Assembly: GCA_044359815.1 (NCBI GenBank)
Contig: JBIKLL010000002.1
Location: 1 to 64,000, forward strand
DNA: 64,000 nucleotides
Direction: 5' to 3'
DNA from: Pseudobdellovibrionaceae bacterium
GTDB taxonomy: Bacteria; Bdellovibrionota; Bdellovibrionia; Bdellovibrionales; Bdellovibrionaceae
The translations under genes and the position numbers were made by a program. Positions 18,969-29,504 of the stretch are shown piece by piece. Under the pieces are notes generated by a model. That model saw only the letters and a list, made by a program, of their open reading frames with translations, ran no database searches and had not been told where the DNA came from. The first letter of the stretch is position 1. The number at the start of each line of letters is the position of its first letter.

Positions 18969-19670
18969 CTATTTCAGCATTATCCAATTCAGATTCCGCA
19001 GACCAGTGGGTTGCCTGCGATGTGAATGAAAATCTTTATCTGTAAATGTGTCTATGTCCAGGGTCAGGATTTGCGATCTCTGGATTCCACAATCAATGAT
19101 TTGTCCAATCACGATCTCTTGTAAATTGACGTAAAATTTTTCGCCCTTTTTCACAGAAAATTTTCCTGTGGGATCTAATTTTTTTGCTACATCCAGATCA
19201 ACCTGAAAACTGTTTTGCATTATATGGGGACCGATCCACACTATGGCGTTAGCTGGTTTGATTTTCTGCAGAGATTTTTTTGTGATCTGGTTTTCAACAC
19301 CTCGCCACCCAGCATGGATGGCAGCCACAGTCATTGATGTTTCATCAAAAATCATTATCGGCAAACAATCAGCCGTGTTAATCAACAGGGCTTTATTTTT
19401 TATTTTACTAAAATGTGCATCTGCCACTGGTAACTGAAAATCTAAATTTCCGCTACCGACTGAGACAGTTGTTGGATCTGTGGTTCTTTCGGCCTGTTGG
19501 TTCGTGGACTTTTTATCCCATTCGAAAACCTGATCACCATGAACCTGTTTGATACGCAAACTATCAAAACCCAATTTGCCCAATCCTGCTTGATCCAATT
19601 GTCTGTGACCAAACAAGCCCATTACAAATTTATTTTCAAATTCATATCCCAAATCTGTTTTCGAAAACAA
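18969..19670 (-). CDS. pgeF: YfiH/PgeF peptidoglycan editing factor family
   Basis: KQVHG, TADCLPI, AIHAGWRG and IGPHI motifs; follows rluD. Confidence 0.9.
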   Translation of the reverse strand: MFSKTDLGYEFENKFVMGLFGHRQLDQAGLGKLGFDSLRIKQVHGDQVFEWDKKSTNQQAERTTDPTTVSVGSGNLDFQLPVADAHFSKIKNKALLINTADCLPIMIFDETSMTVAAIHAGWRGVENQITKKSLQKIKPANAIVWIGPHIMQNSFQVDLDVAKKLDPTGKFSVKKGEKFYVNLQEIVIGQIIDCGIQRSQILTLDIDTFTDKDFHSHRRQPTGLRNLNWIMLK

Positions 19671-20598
19671 AATTATTCTCCGTCAGTATTTTTAATTCTT
19701 TAACCGGCCAAGACCTGAAAAACCTTTTTGTCTCGCCAGTGGATGGATGTACAAATCCCAAAACGCAAGCGTGCAGGGCAAGCCTGGGAAATTCAATTTT
19801 ATTTTTTGATCCATTACCTGAAGCCACTCCGTAAATGGGATCAGCCAGCAGGGGACAACCCTGTTCGCGCATGTGCACCCTGATTTGGTGGGTTCTGCCT
19901 GTTTCCAGTCGCAATTCCAGTGAACACAGTCCATTGAGCCTTTGCAAAACCTTATAATTAGTCACGGCGATTTTTCCCAGGGCTGCGTTTTTAGTTGATG
20001 CATATTTTTTTCGATCGCTGGGATGCCTGGCCAACAATGATTGGATTTTACCTGTATCCAGTTTGGGCGCATTCACACTGACTGCCCAGTAGACTCTTTC
20101 GGTGGTTTTATTTTTAAACTGCGATGCAAGGCTTTCATGAGCATGATCATTTTTGGCAACCACAATCAATCCACTGGTATCCATATCCAGTCTGTGCACT
20201 ATGCCCGGTCTGTTTTCACCAAACCTCATGGACAGTTTTTTTGTGTGCGCCAACAACATATTTACCAAGGTATCCTGTTCGTGGCCGGCCGCTGGATGAA
20301 CTACCAATCCAGAAGGTTTATTGATCACAATTAATTCCTCGTCTTCAAAAACCACATCCAGATTTTGATGAAGCGGAACCAGATCCGTGGGTTTTGGCTC
20401 GGGTAAATTGATTTCAATACTGTCCTGTGCGCTGACCTTGTACGAAGATTTTTGAACTTTATTATTTACCTGCACACAATCATTATCAATCAGCCACTGT
20501 GCTTTGGTACGAGTTTGTATTTCAGGATGATTTCCCAATGCTTTATCTAACCGCTGTCCAATCCAATTTTCGGGGGCTTTAATGCTGATTCTGTTCAA
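19642..20598 (-). CDS. rluD: 23S rRNA pseudouridine synthase RluD
   Basis: S4 domain, NKPSGLVVHP, GIVHRLDMDTSG, LETGRTHQIRVH. Confidence 0.9.
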   Translation of the reverse strand: MNRISIKAPENWIGQRLDKALGNHPEIQTRTKAQWLIDNDCVQVNNKVQKSSYKVSAQDSIEINLPEPKPTDLVPLHQNLDVVFEDEELIVINKPSGLVVHPAAGHEQDTLVNMLLAHTKKLSMRFGENRPGIVHRLDMDTSGLIVVAKNDHAHESLASQFKNKTTERVYWAVSVNAPKLDTGKIQSLLARHPSDRKKYASTKNAALGKIAVTNYKVLQRLNGLCSLELRLETGRTHQIRVHMREQGCPLLADPIYGVASGNGSKNKIEFPRLALHACVLGFVHPSTGETKRFFRSWPVKELKILTENNFVFENRFGI

Positions 20599-21230
20599 GC
20601 TTCTGGCGCTGCAGGTTTTGCATTGTAATTATTCATGTAACCGTCTGCTACGATTTTTGTGTCTAAACCCAAAACTTTTGCAATCTGAGTGATATATCCC
20701 CTGACAAACACAGGTGCGGGCAGATTTTTTCGGTCTTCATTTTCCACTGCGTTCAGATAAAAGGAGCTGATTTTTGTGATTGCGCTCAATCGATCCAATG
20801 GAATGCCTTTATAATTTCTGACCTTTGCCAACATCTGACCATTCCATACAGTGCATTGCTTGATTTCTTTTTCAAAGCCTTCGTCGACTGTGTAGGCTAT
20901 CGGTTTTGGTTTTGGCTGAGGTTTAGATAAATCCTGCACAGCCAGTTTGCTTTGCAATGCTAATTTATCGTAACTGATGTCTTCGGCCTTGATGCCTGTC
21001 TGAGAAATTTTTTCGTCATAAATTGTTCGCAAAGCTTTGTTTCCCAAAACCGAATAAGCTTCTTCGATTAATTTCAACATGTCTCTGGCTTCGCCTTCAG
21101 AAAATATTGTATAGATAGCCGAGTTTTCGCCAGAATAGGTCAGCTTGGCCCGCTTGTACGCAGAGGTGATTTCATGCTGTTGGCTGTGCGGGGAAACTTC
21201 CAATAAATCGTAATAATTAAACCGGCTCAT
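20595..21230 (-). CDS. J-domain-like (no HPD) plus C-terminal RodZ-type HTH protein
   Basis: NYYDLLEVS..EITSAYKR..IEEAYSVL at the N-terminus; LPAPVFVRGYITQIAKVLGLD at the C-terminus. Confidence 0.8.
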   Translation of the reverse strand: MSRFNYYDLLEVSPHSQQHEITSAYKRAKLTYSGENSAIYTIFSEGEARDMLKLIEEAYSVLGNKALRTIYDEKISQTGIKAEDISYDKLALQSKLAVQDLSKPQPKPKPIAYTVDEGFEKEIKQCTVWNGQMLAKVRNYKGIPLDRLSAITKISSFYLNAVENEDRKNLPAPVFVRGYITQIAKVLGLDTKIVADGYMNNYNAKPAAPEA

Positions 21231-21246
21231 ATTTTATTAGTGTAAA

Positions 21247-22167
21247 CTAAACAACATCCTTAAACAAATTCGTATTATGGTTAGGGCTTAACAGGGTTTT
21301 GCAAATAGTTAAAAACTGTCCAGCCAACGGGGTGAATGGTTTTTCAATCAACACGGGCTCACGGTTCTTAATCGACTGCCATACTGCATTATCGTATTCA
21401 ATATGACCTTTATAATCCATAAGCAGCCCAAAATATTTATAAGCCACACTTCGGATAGAAAAACCCAGATCTTCGTCCTGGTTACTGCGGGTGCCATTAA
21501 CTATTAATCTAATCGGGGATTCATCAAACTTGGCAAAAGTGTTTTCGTTTCTGCTAAATTTTTCCTCGATGATGTCTTTAAAGGTTTTAAAATCTTTGCC
21601 TTGGTTTTTTCTGAAGTCCCTCAAAAATGCCTGCGCCTCATGCAAATTGTTTTTGAAAATCGATTTCTGCAGTAAAAAGCACAGATAAGACTCTATAAAT
21701 CTATAATTTTTCTCAACCGAGGTTGGCTCAGAACTGGTGATCAAAAATCTTTCATCTGCCAGATCAAACAGCTCCAACTGTGGCAACCATGCACCGGCTG
21801 TCGTATCAACAATAACAAAATCAAACTTTCCGCTGTTTTTTATCTGTTCGACAAACTTGTGAATTTGCTCTTTTGACAAATCTGTTTGCGACCATGTATC
21901 CCAAAATCCTTGGATAAAACTCAAGTGAGGAATTTTCGTTGGAACAGCTAGCTCAGACAGCTTTTGATTTTCGAAAAAATATTTTCTTAAGTTTTTATCA
22001 GTCAGTGGCAATCCGAAAACTGAATGCAAATTTCCGCCCGAGCTGTCTAAATCAACCAGGCAAACTTTCTGATTAAGTTTTGAAAGTGTAATCCCAAGGC
22101 TTGATACAACGAAGGTTTTCCCAACGCCGCCTTTACCTGCAGATACAACCCAAAGCTGTGTACTCAT
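21247..22167 (-). CDS. MinD/FlhG(FleN)-like P-loop ATPase
   Basis: deviant Walker A GKGGVGKT, VDLD..GGNLH, IVDT.AG, EPTS. Confidence 0.85.
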   Translation of the reverse strand: MSTQLWVVSAGKGGVGKTFVVSSLGITLSKLNQKVCLVDLDSSGGNLHSVFGLPLTDKNLRKYFFENQKLSELAVPTKIPHLSFIQGFWDTWSQTDLSKEQIHKFVEQIKNSGKFDFVIVDTTAGAWLPQLELFDLADERFLITSSEPTSVEKNYRFIESYLCFLLQKSIFKNNLHEAQAFLRDFRKNQGKDFKTFKDIIEEKFSRNENTFAKFDESPIRLIVNGTRSNQDEDLGFSIRSVAYKYFGLLMDYKGHIEYDNAVWQSIKNREPVLIEKPFTPLAGQFLTICKTLLSPNHNTNLFKDVV

Positions 22168-22194
22168 TCACTCTCCGAAGAATTTTCAGTTTCC

Positions 22195-22818
22195 TTAGTG
22201 GTCTTCGGCTTTTAAAGATCTTAAATAAATGGGGGAAATTGATTTCCAGTCTAAAGGCTTAAGAGTGGATTTATTTTTAAAAACATAATTTCCCATTCGA
22301 ACTGCGCTGGGAAAATCATCAAATTCTGATTTTCCAGAATTTTCAGCAATCAGGCTTCTGCCGTCACCGATTACCTGAATGTCTGAACGAGTATCCAAAA
22401 ACTGTTTTGCCTGTTCAATTGACCAGACTTCAGCGGCTTTTCCCAGACCTTGGCCTATATAAACTTTGTTATTAAAGGCATTTACTGCAGCAATCTGGTT
22501 AGTCACACCTGACTGAAACAATAAGTTATCCAATGATCCTAATGGATAAATTGGCTTATCCAAAACATAGCTGAAACTTTTTACGATATTGATTCCAACC
22601 CTGATACCGGTGAAGGAACCTGGACCAACACCGACAGCAAAGGCATCCAATGCTTTTAGATCAATGCCCTGAGTATTCAAAATTTTATCGATTTCAGAAT
22701 TCAAAACTTCGGCTTGGGAAAAAGGCTGATCCAAACTGTACGTTTGCAGGCACTTAGCATCTTCAAACAATGCAACAGTTGCTTTTGGCGAACTGGTTTC
22801 AATCGCCAAAAGTCTCAT
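22195..22818 (-). CDS. tsaB: tRNA threonylcarbamoyladenosine biosynthesis protein TsaB
   Basis: LAIETS, GVGPGSFTGIRVG, C-terminal PIYLR. Confidence 0.9.
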   Translation of the reverse strand: MRLLAIETSSPKATVALFEDAKCLQTYSLDQPFSQAEVLNSEIDKILNTQGIDLKALDAFAVGVGPGSFTGIRVGINIVKSFSYVLDKPIYPLGSLDNLLFQSGVTNQIAAVNAFNNKVYIGQGLGKAAEVWSIEQAKQFLDTRSDIQVIGDGRSLIAENSGKSEFDDFPSAVRMGNYVFKNKSTLKPLDWKSISPIYLRSLKAEDH

Positions 22819-24474
22819 TTACCACATTCCAAACAGCCTAGAAAAATCATTGAACAATGCCAGTACCATAAGACTCATCAAAACAACAAGACCTACCTGT
22901 TGAGCCACTTCGATTTTTCTCATGCTTAACGGTGCGCCCTTCAGTCCTTCAATGATAAAAAACAGTAAATGCCCACCATCCAATACAGGGATAGGCAACA
23001 GATTCAGAATAAATAAATTAACAGAAATAATGGCCATCATCTGCAAAAACTGCCGAATGCCAATTTTAAAAGTTTCGCTGGCGGCCTGACCTATTGAAAT
23101 CACTCCACCAATATTTTTTGGCGAAATTTTTGCCTGAATCAGTCTTAAAAAGCTGATCACAGTCATCTGTGTGACTTCAGCAGTTTTGTCGTATCCCTTT
23201 ACGATTCCTTCAAAAACTCCAGCTGATGGCAGTTTTTTGATTGCCGGCGGAGCCATTTGAATCCATGGCACTATCCCCACTGTAAATCGTTTTTCTTCGG
23301 CCCCTTGTGCCGTCATCTGATTGGTCAATTTTGGAGAGATTTGGTAATTTGTGATTTTACCTTCACGTTCGATATCAATCGATACCATTCCATTGCCATC
23401 GTAGGATTTTATAGAGCCCAAAACATCGTCCCATTTATAGGGGACGTCTTTACCGATTTTCACAATTCTGTCGCCGACCTGCAAACCTGCAGCACGGGCA
23501 GGGGATTGATCCACAACTTTATACAGATACAATTCCGCTGATTCCACACCAATGCTAATTAATGACGAATATTTCGCAGAAGGCATTTTCACAGTGATAT
23601 TTTCAGTTTTTTCATTGAAGGTTCGCTTGATTTTAATTTCGATGGGCTGATTAATTTTAGTAATCAAAATATTTTCAAGTTCCCTAAAAAATGTCACCGG
23701 AGTTTCATTAACACTGACAACCAAATCCCCAGTGCGCATTCCTGCCGAATAGGCAATGCTGCCATATTTCACACCCAAAACCGGCGCCATTGATAAAAAT
23801 CCCAGGCCATCAATATCCCCAACAAATTCTTTGGGGCTCAAAATATTTGAATTCGGTTTCAAGGCTGGTGTAACCGTCAATGCCGTTTTTAAAGTGGTGT
23901 TTTCCCTCTGCACATCAACAATCACTGATTGATTGTGCTTTTCATTAATGTATTCTTGAAACTCTTCCCATGAATTTACAGATTTTGAATCCACGCTAAC
24001 AATCGAATCACCTGATCTGAATCCCTTGGTAAAAGCATCTGAGGCAGGATCCACGTCACCGATTTTAGGCGCGCGAACTTCCTCGCCCATCCAACCAATA
24101 ATTGCAAAAATCAAAACTGCAAAAAAGAAATTCATCAAAGGACCGGCTAACACCACTGCAATTCTTTGCATTAACGGTTTATGGGTAAACGAAAACTTCT
24201 TTTCCTGTTCTGAAATGTCAGCGCCCAATTCATCGCCAAACATTTTCACATATCCACCCAGTGGAATAATGGACAAACAGTAGTTAGTGTCACCTTTTTT
24301 GTAGCTCAGGATTTTTTTGCCAAATCCCAAACTAAAAACTTCAACACGAACACCAAAATATTTGGCGACTAAAAAATGCCCTAATTCGTGGACAAAAATT
24401 AACAGACCCAACAGAATGATAAAGGGGACAATCGCCGAAAAGCCAGAATGCAGATAGTTCAATAAAATATCCAT
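22819..24474 (-). CDS. rseP: RIP metalloprotease RseP with multiple PDZ domains
   Basis: HELGH, PLGGYVKM, NLLPIPVLDGG. Confidence 0.95.
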   Translation of the reverse strand: MDILLNYLHSGFSAIVPFIILLGLLIFVHELGHFLVAKYFGVRVEVFSLGFGKKILSYKKGDTNYCLSIIPLGGYVKMFGDELGADISEQEKKFSFTHKPLMQRIAVVLAGPLMNFFFAVLIFAIIGWMGEEVRAPKIGDVDPASDAFTKGFRSGDSIVSVDSKSVNSWEEFQEYINEKHNQSVIVDVQRENTTLKTALTVTPALKPNSNILSPKEFVGDIDGLGFLSMAPVLGVKYGSIAYSAGMRTGDLVVSVNETPVTFFRELENILITKINQPIEIKIKRTFNEKTENITVKMPSAKYSSLISIGVESAELYLYKVVDQSPARAAGLQVGDRIVKIGKDVPYKWDDVLGSIKSYDGNGMVSIDIEREGKITNYQISPKLTNQMTAQGAEEKRFTVGIVPWIQMAPPAIKKLPSAGVFEGIVKGYDKTAEVTQMTVISFLRLIQAKISPKNIGGVISIGQAASETFKIGIRQFLQMMAIISVNLFILNLLPIPVLDGGHLLFFIIEGLKGAPLSMRKIEVAQQVGLVVLMSLMVLALFNDFSRLFGMW

Positions 24475-24550
24475 ATTTTTACCTCAGGTAATCATTGTAA
24501 TGACAAGGCTATTTCAGTTCCAGCGCATTTTAATCGGCCAGACCATTTGA

Positions 24551-25366
24551 TTAAAACAATTGCGTCAAAGCAGTCGCAAATAACACAACAATGGGCGCTG
24601 CAAACAAAACCCCGTCTATTCGGTCCAGTATACCGCCATGTCCTGGCATAATAGAGCCCGAATCTTTGGCATTTGCCACCCTTTTTAAAAGGGATTCAAA
24701 CATGTCGCCCAATTGGGCAATCAAACCGGCCGTTGCTCCCATAACTAGAAATGTCCAAATCGGAAAGGTAAACCACTGCGAACAATATGCGGCGGCAACC
24801 AAAGATCCAATTAATCCGCCCCAAGCACCTACCAAGGTTTTTTTAGGCGATATCCGCGGCAGAATTTTTTTATCGCCTAATAACATCCCTGCAATATAGG
24901 CAAAGGTATCCCCGATAAAAACAATAGCCAGCATTGTTAAAAACCAGCTCAAGCCATTTTCAAAATCCAAAGTTTGCGCAGCAAATCCAGGCAATGACCC
25001 CGCATAAAAAATCCCCAAGATTCCTTTGGCCTGAAAAGCTGATAGTTCTGATAGCTCCTTAAATTCTGACTCAAACAAAATCGATGAACATAAAAACAAA
25101 ACTGCTAGGCTTGAAAAAGCCAAAAACTGAAACTGCTGATGATAAGCGGTCACCAAAAAATTCAACAAAACACTGACGGTAAATAAAATCCTCAGAAAAA
25201 TTCTTTCCGATCCCAAAAAAAGCAATTTAGAGACTTCAATTGTCCCCAACAGACTGACCAGCAAACACAAAAACTTTAGGCCATCGTGTTTAAATACGAA
25301 ATACACATAAAAAAATATGGCCAATGCAACTGCTGCAGAAAAAATTCTAGTTAGGATGGTTTTCAT
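24551..25366 (-). CDS. cdsA: phosphatidate cytidylyltransferase
   Basis: ISPKKT, GDMFESLLKR..KDSGSIMPGHGGILDRID; start set at ATG 25366. Confidence 0.95.
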   Translation of the reverse strand: MKTILTRIFSAAVALAIFFYVYFVFKHDGLKFLCLLVSLLGTIEVSKLLFLGSERIFLRILFTVSVLLNFLVTAYHQQFQFLAFSSLAVLFLCSSILFESEFKELSELSAFQAKGILGIFYAGSLPGFAAQTLDFENGLSWFLTMLAIVFIGDTFAYIAGMLLGDKKILPRISPKKTLVGAWGGLIGSLVAAAYCSQWFTFPIWTFLVMGATAGLIAQLGDMFESLLKRVANAKDSGSIMPGHGGILDRIDGVLFAAPIVVLFATALTQLF

Positions 25367-26072
25367 TATTTGTGATAGCGCCGAATCTGCGGTTACGTTG
25401 TTTAAAGTCCGAAATTGCTGCGTGCAGATCGTCTTTGCCAAAATCCGGCCACAAAATATCTGTAAAATAAAATTCTGAATAAGCCGCCTGCCACATCAGA
25501 AAGTTTGATAATCTGGATTCACCCGATGTCCTAATGATTAAATCAGGATCAGGAAAATTCTTAGTGTACAAATTTTTGGATATTGAATGCTCATCAACCT
25601 GATCAAAATCCATTTCGTCATTGGCAATTTTGGTTATTATTGATTTTGCAGCTTCAACAATTTCCTGTCTGGAACCATAGTTGATCGCAAAAACCAGATT
25701 CAAACCGTTGTTGATGCTGGTCTTAGAAACCGTCACATTAATTTGTTCCACAATTTCTGCAGGCAATCGGGACAAATCACCAATGGTAGTGAATTTGATG
25801 TTTTTTTTAACCAGATTGTCTGTTTCTTTTTTCAGATATCTTCTGAGCAATCTCATTAAAAAATTAACTTCGGCTTCAGGCCTTAACCAATTTTCAGTGC
25901 TGAATGCATACAATGTTAAATATTTGATCCCTAAATCAGAACATTCAGTGATGATTTTTTTAGCTACACGAGCGCCTTTAACATGACCAAAAATTCTTGG
26001 TTTGCCCCTAGCTTTGGCCCATCTGCCATTGCCATCCATAATAATTGCTAGATGTCTTGGTAACAAACTCAA
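25347..26072 (-). CDS. uppS: undecaprenyl diphosphate synthase
   Basis: HLAIIMDGNGRWA, AFSTENW, IRTSGESRLSNF. Confidence 0.95.
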   Translation of the reverse strand: MSLLPRHLAIIMDGNGRWAKARGKPRIFGHVKGARVAKKIITECSDLGIKYLTLYAFSTENWLRPEAEVNFLMRLLRRYLKKETDNLVKKNIKFTTIGDLSRLPAEIVEQINVTVSKTSINNGLNLVFAINYGSRQEIVEAAKSIITKIANDEMDFDQVDEHSISKNLYTKNFPDPDLIIRTSGESRLSNFLMWQAAYSEFYFTDILWPDFGKDDLHAAISDFKQRNRRFGAITNNENHPN

Positions 26073-26082
26073 GCCCCTTACA

Positions 26083-26640
26083 CTAAATAGTCATTATGCT
26101 TTTTTCTTTTTCATCAGAAACTTGGTCGACCTTTTTGATATAATCATCAGTCAGTTTTTGAACTTCAGCTTCAGCTTTTTTCAGTTCGTCTTCGCTGATA
26201 GCTTTGTCTTTCTGCAATTTTTTAACTTCCTCATTGGCGTCTCTTCTGGCCAAGCGGATTGCGACCCTGGCGTCTTCAACAATTTTTTTTGTTTGTTTTA
26301 CCAGTTCTTTACGTCGGTCTTCTGTCAAATCTGGAACTTTTAATCTGATCACTTTACCGTCGTTTATGGGCGACATGCCGATGTCACTTTTAACAATGGC
26401 TGATTCGATTTCTTTTAAAATTGAACTTTCCCAGGGCGAAATCAAAAATGATTTCGCATCCGGCGTGGTCACACTGGCGACCTGATTCAGTGGCGACATG
26501 TTTCCGTAGTAATTCACCTTCACATTGTCCAGCATGGAAACTTGCGCCCTGCCTGTACGAATTTTCTTAAGTTCGTTGATCAACCCCTGAAGGGATTTTT
26601 CCATTTTATCCTGACATTTTTTTTTGCTATCTGCGACCAT
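26083..26640 (-). CDS. frr: ribosome recycling factor
   Basis: IRTGRA, LTEDRRKELVK; synteny. Confidence 0.95.
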   Translation of the reverse strand: MVADSKKKCQDKMEKSLQGLINELKKIRTGRAQVSMLDNVKVNYYGNMSPLNQVASVTTPDAKSFLISPWESSILKEIESAIVKSDIGMSPINDGKVIRLKVPDLTEDRRKELVKQTKKIVEDARVAIRLARRDANEEVKKLQKDKAISEDELKKAEAEVQKLTDDYIKKVDQVSDEKEKSIMTI

Positions 26641-26654
26641 CAGAACCTCATTAA

Positions 26655-27380
26655 TTAATGAACAGTTGTTCCTATATCTTCACCCAAGACTGCTCTTAGG
26701 ATGTTTCCCTTTTTTGTTAAATCAAAACTTAATATGGGCAGTTTATTGTCCATACACAAACTGACTGCCGTCAAATCCATAACCTTTAAATTTTTATTAA
26801 GCACATCGATGTAGCTGATTTTTTCAAACTTCACGGCATCTTTATGTTTCATCGGATCTTTATCATAGATTCCGTCCACCTTCGTGGCTTTCATTAAAAT
26901 CTCGGCATTGATTTCCATAGCTCGCAAAGCGGCTGCAGTGTCGGTAGTAAAATAAGGATTTCCCGTGCCCGCACCAAAAATCACGACGCGATCTTTTTCC
27001 AAATGCCTGATAGCTCTTCTGCGGATATAGGGTTCGGCGATTTCTGCCATTTCAATTGCAGTCTGTACCCGAGTGGGAACATCTGCTTTTTCCAAAGCGT
27101 CTTGCAACGCCAAAGCATTGATAACCGTCGCCAACATTCCCATGTAATCGGAACTGGCGCGATCCATACCCTCAGCAGAGGCAGCCACACCCCGAAAAAT
27201 ATTTCCACCACCAATAACAATTCCGATTTGCACACCGGTTTTGTAGGCTTCGGCCACATCATTAGCGATTTGGGCAATCACTGTTGTGTTGATGCCCGTA
27301 CCAGCTGTACCGCCCAGTGATTCACCACTGAGCTTTAACATTATTCTTTTATACTTTGCTTTTTTTGCCACTGGAATCAA
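26655..27380 (-). CDS. pyrH: UMP kinase
   Basis: [22 protein letters not shown]. Confidence 0.95.
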   Translation of the reverse strand: MIPVAKKAKYKRIMLKLSGESLGGTAGTGINTTVIAQIANDVAEAYKTGVQIGIVIGGGNIFRGVAASAEGMDRASSDYMGMLATVINALALQDALEKADVPTRVQTAIEMAEIAEPYIRRRAIRHLEKDRVVIFGAGTGNPYFTTDTAAALRAMEINAEILMKATKVDGIYDKDPMKHKDAVKFEKISYIDVLNKNLKVMDLTAVSLCMDNKLPILSFDLTKKGNILRAVLGEDIGTTVH

Positions 27381-28303
27381 TGTCCCTTGGCTTGGGCTGC
27401 GACCTCTTCAGCAAAATTATTAGTTTTCTTCTGAAGACCTTCACCCAATTCAAATCTGATGAACTGTTTAATTGCGATGGGTTCGCCCGATTTTTTCTGC
27501 ATTTCTTTTGTGTAATCGTTAACCTTTAGGTCAGGATTTTTAACAAAAGCTTGTTCCAACAGACAGCTTTCGCTCAAAAATTTGCGAATCTGTCCTTCAA
27601 CAATCTTGTCGATCATTTCAGGTTTTTTACCCTGTTCGATATTTTTAGCTTTTAAAATGCTTTTTTCTTTGTCGACAATGTCTTTAGGAACTTGGTCTTG
27701 AGATAATGCCAACGGATTCATTGCTGCCACATGCAGACAGATATCATTTGCAAAAGTCTTGATATCATCAGTGACTTTACCTGTGTTGATTTCAACAATC
27801 ACACCAATTTTGCCATCACCATGAACATAGGAATGCAAATATCCAGTAGTTTCAACTCTGTTGTATCTGCGAACTACAATGTTTTCACCGATTTTGGCGA
27901 TCAGTTCTTTTAAATGATCACCGATTTTAGTACCGGGACTTTTGTAAAATGGCAGATCCAATAATTGAGTTGGCTCATTTGGAACATTCTTTGCCTGCAA
28001 AACCTGTTGAGCTACGTCCGAAATAAATTCTTTGAACTGTTCGTTTTTAGCAACAAAGTCAGTTTCAGAATTCACTTCAACGACCACAGCAGTTTTTCCA
28101 CCCTGGCCTACAGTTGCCAATACTAAACCTTCAGAAGCCAATCGATCTGCTTTTTTAGCAGCGGAAGCCAGGCCTTTTTTACGAAGCCACTCTACAGCAG
28201 CTTCGAAATCGCCCTTTGTTTCTTCTAATGCTTTTTTACAGTCCATCATTCCTGCATTTGTACGTTCACGCAGGTCTCTTACCATAGTTGCTGATATGCT
28301 CAT
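27377..28303 (-). CDS. tsf: elongation factor Ts
   Basis: [26 protein letters not shown]. Confidence 0.97.
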   Translation of the reverse strand: MSISATMVRDLRERTNAGMMDCKKALEETKGDFEAAVEWLRKKGLASAAKKADRLASEGLVLATVGQGGKTAVVVEVNSETDFVAKNEQFKEFISDVAQQVLQAKNVPNEPTQLLDLPFYKSPGTKIGDHLKELIAKIGENIVVRRYNRVETTGYLHSYVHGDGKIGVIVEINTGKVTDDIKTFANDICLHVAAMNPLALSQDQVPKDIVDKEKSILKAKNIEQGKKPEMIDKIVEGQIRKFLSESCLLEQAFVKNPDLKVNDYTKEMQKKSGEPIAIKQFIRFELGEGLQKKTNNFAEEVAAQAKGH

Positions 28304-28305
28304 GT

Positions 28306-29250
28306 TTACTCCTTAGATCCCGTGTCTTCGTCTTTGGGCTCTTCTGGGCTTTCAAGCTCAGCTTGGATTTCAACAACTTCAGCCATTCCAGCCGCAACCA
28401 ATTTTCTTTGCTTGCTGGCTTTAACAACTGAAGGACCTTCAGATTTTTTAGCTTCAGGTTTAGGAGCGCCACGAGTGCGTTTTTTCTCTTCAACTTCTTT
28501 AGGTTGCTGCTGTTGTTCAGCTTGCACATCAGAAGCTTTATCGGTTTGAGTTCGCAATTTCTGCTCCCAAACTTTTGCACCTTCGATGTAAGCATCTGCT
28601 ACCAGATTTGAAAATAATTTGATTGATCTGATCGCATCGTCATTTCCAGGAATTGGATATTCAATAATTTCTGGATCAGAATTTGTATCAGCAATACCTA
28701 CCACAGGAATGCCTAAACGTTTTGCTTCAGCAACAGCAATGTGTTCCTTGGGCAAATCAACGACAAACATAGCTCCGGGAGTGTCTTTCATGTCTTTGAT
28801 ACCATTTAAAAACTCAGACAGTCTGTTGTATTCTTTTTCGATGCGAGCGCGTTCTTTCTTGGAATAAAAATCCAATTCATTTTTTTCGCGCATTTGATCG
28901 ATTCGTTTAAGCCTGTCGATTGAAGCTTTGATCGTTTCAAAATTGGTAAGCATTCCGCCCAGCCAACGTTTTGTAACGTGCAGCTGACCACATTTGCTGG
29001 CAGCTTCTAAAATAGGTTCTACCGCTTGCTTTTTAGTACCTACAAAAATCAGTCGCTTTCCGTTAGCTGCAACTTCTTTGATAAACTCTGCAGCTTTATT
29101 GGCTTTGCCAACTGTCTTTTGAAGGTCAATGATGTGAATCCCACCGCGAGCGGTGTAAACGTAAGGTTTCATCTTGGGATTCCATCTTTGGGTTTGGTGT
29201 CCAAAATGAACACCAGCGTCTAACATTTCTTTCATGGTTACTTGTGCCAT
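28306..29250 (-). CDS. rpsB: 30S ribosomal protein S2
   Basis: AGVHFGHQT.RWNPKM, RWLGGMLTN, PGNDDAIRSI. Confidence 0.97.
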   Translation of the reverse strand: MAQVTMKEMLDAGVHFGHQTQRWNPKMKPYVYTARGGIHIIDLQKTVGKANKAAEFIKEVAANGKRLIFVGTKKQAVEPILEAASKCGQLHVTKRWLGGMLTNFETIKASIDRLKRIDQMREKNELDFYSKKERARIEKEYNRLSEFLNGIKDMKDTPGAMFVVDLPKEHIAVAEAKRLGIPVVGIADTNSDPEIIEYPIPGNDDAIRSIKLFSNLVADAYIEGAKVWEQKLRTQTDKASDVQAEQQQQPKEVEEKKRTRGAPKPEAKKSEGPSVVKASKQRKLVAAGMAEVVEIQAELESPEEPKDEDTGSKE

Positions 29251-29264
29251 GAGTATCTCCTTTT

Positions 29265-29437
29265 CTGGTTAAGCCTCCCAACGGTCAGGGACTGTGAACG
29301 TGGATATCGTTTTCAGTAGATTTTGTTTTAATCCCAATGATTTGACTCAACTGATTCATATGTTTCGTGCGATTCATCTGATTCAATTAAAAAACCATGA
29401 AATTAAACAAACACCAGCAATGACCGAAGGTGTGTAA
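29265..29437 (-). ncRNA. rpsB 5' leader (t44/S2 autoregulatory leader-like)
   Basis: minus strand ACACAC..CGGTCA..GGTG...TGACCG..GGGAGGCTTAACC directly before the rpsB RBS; CGGTCA/TGACCG closing stem. Confidence 0.65.
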
Positions 29438-29504
29438 TTTAGTCTTAGGGGCTAACATAAAGCTTCACACCGAGCAATAGATATTTTAGTCCTTGTAGGC
29501 ACTT

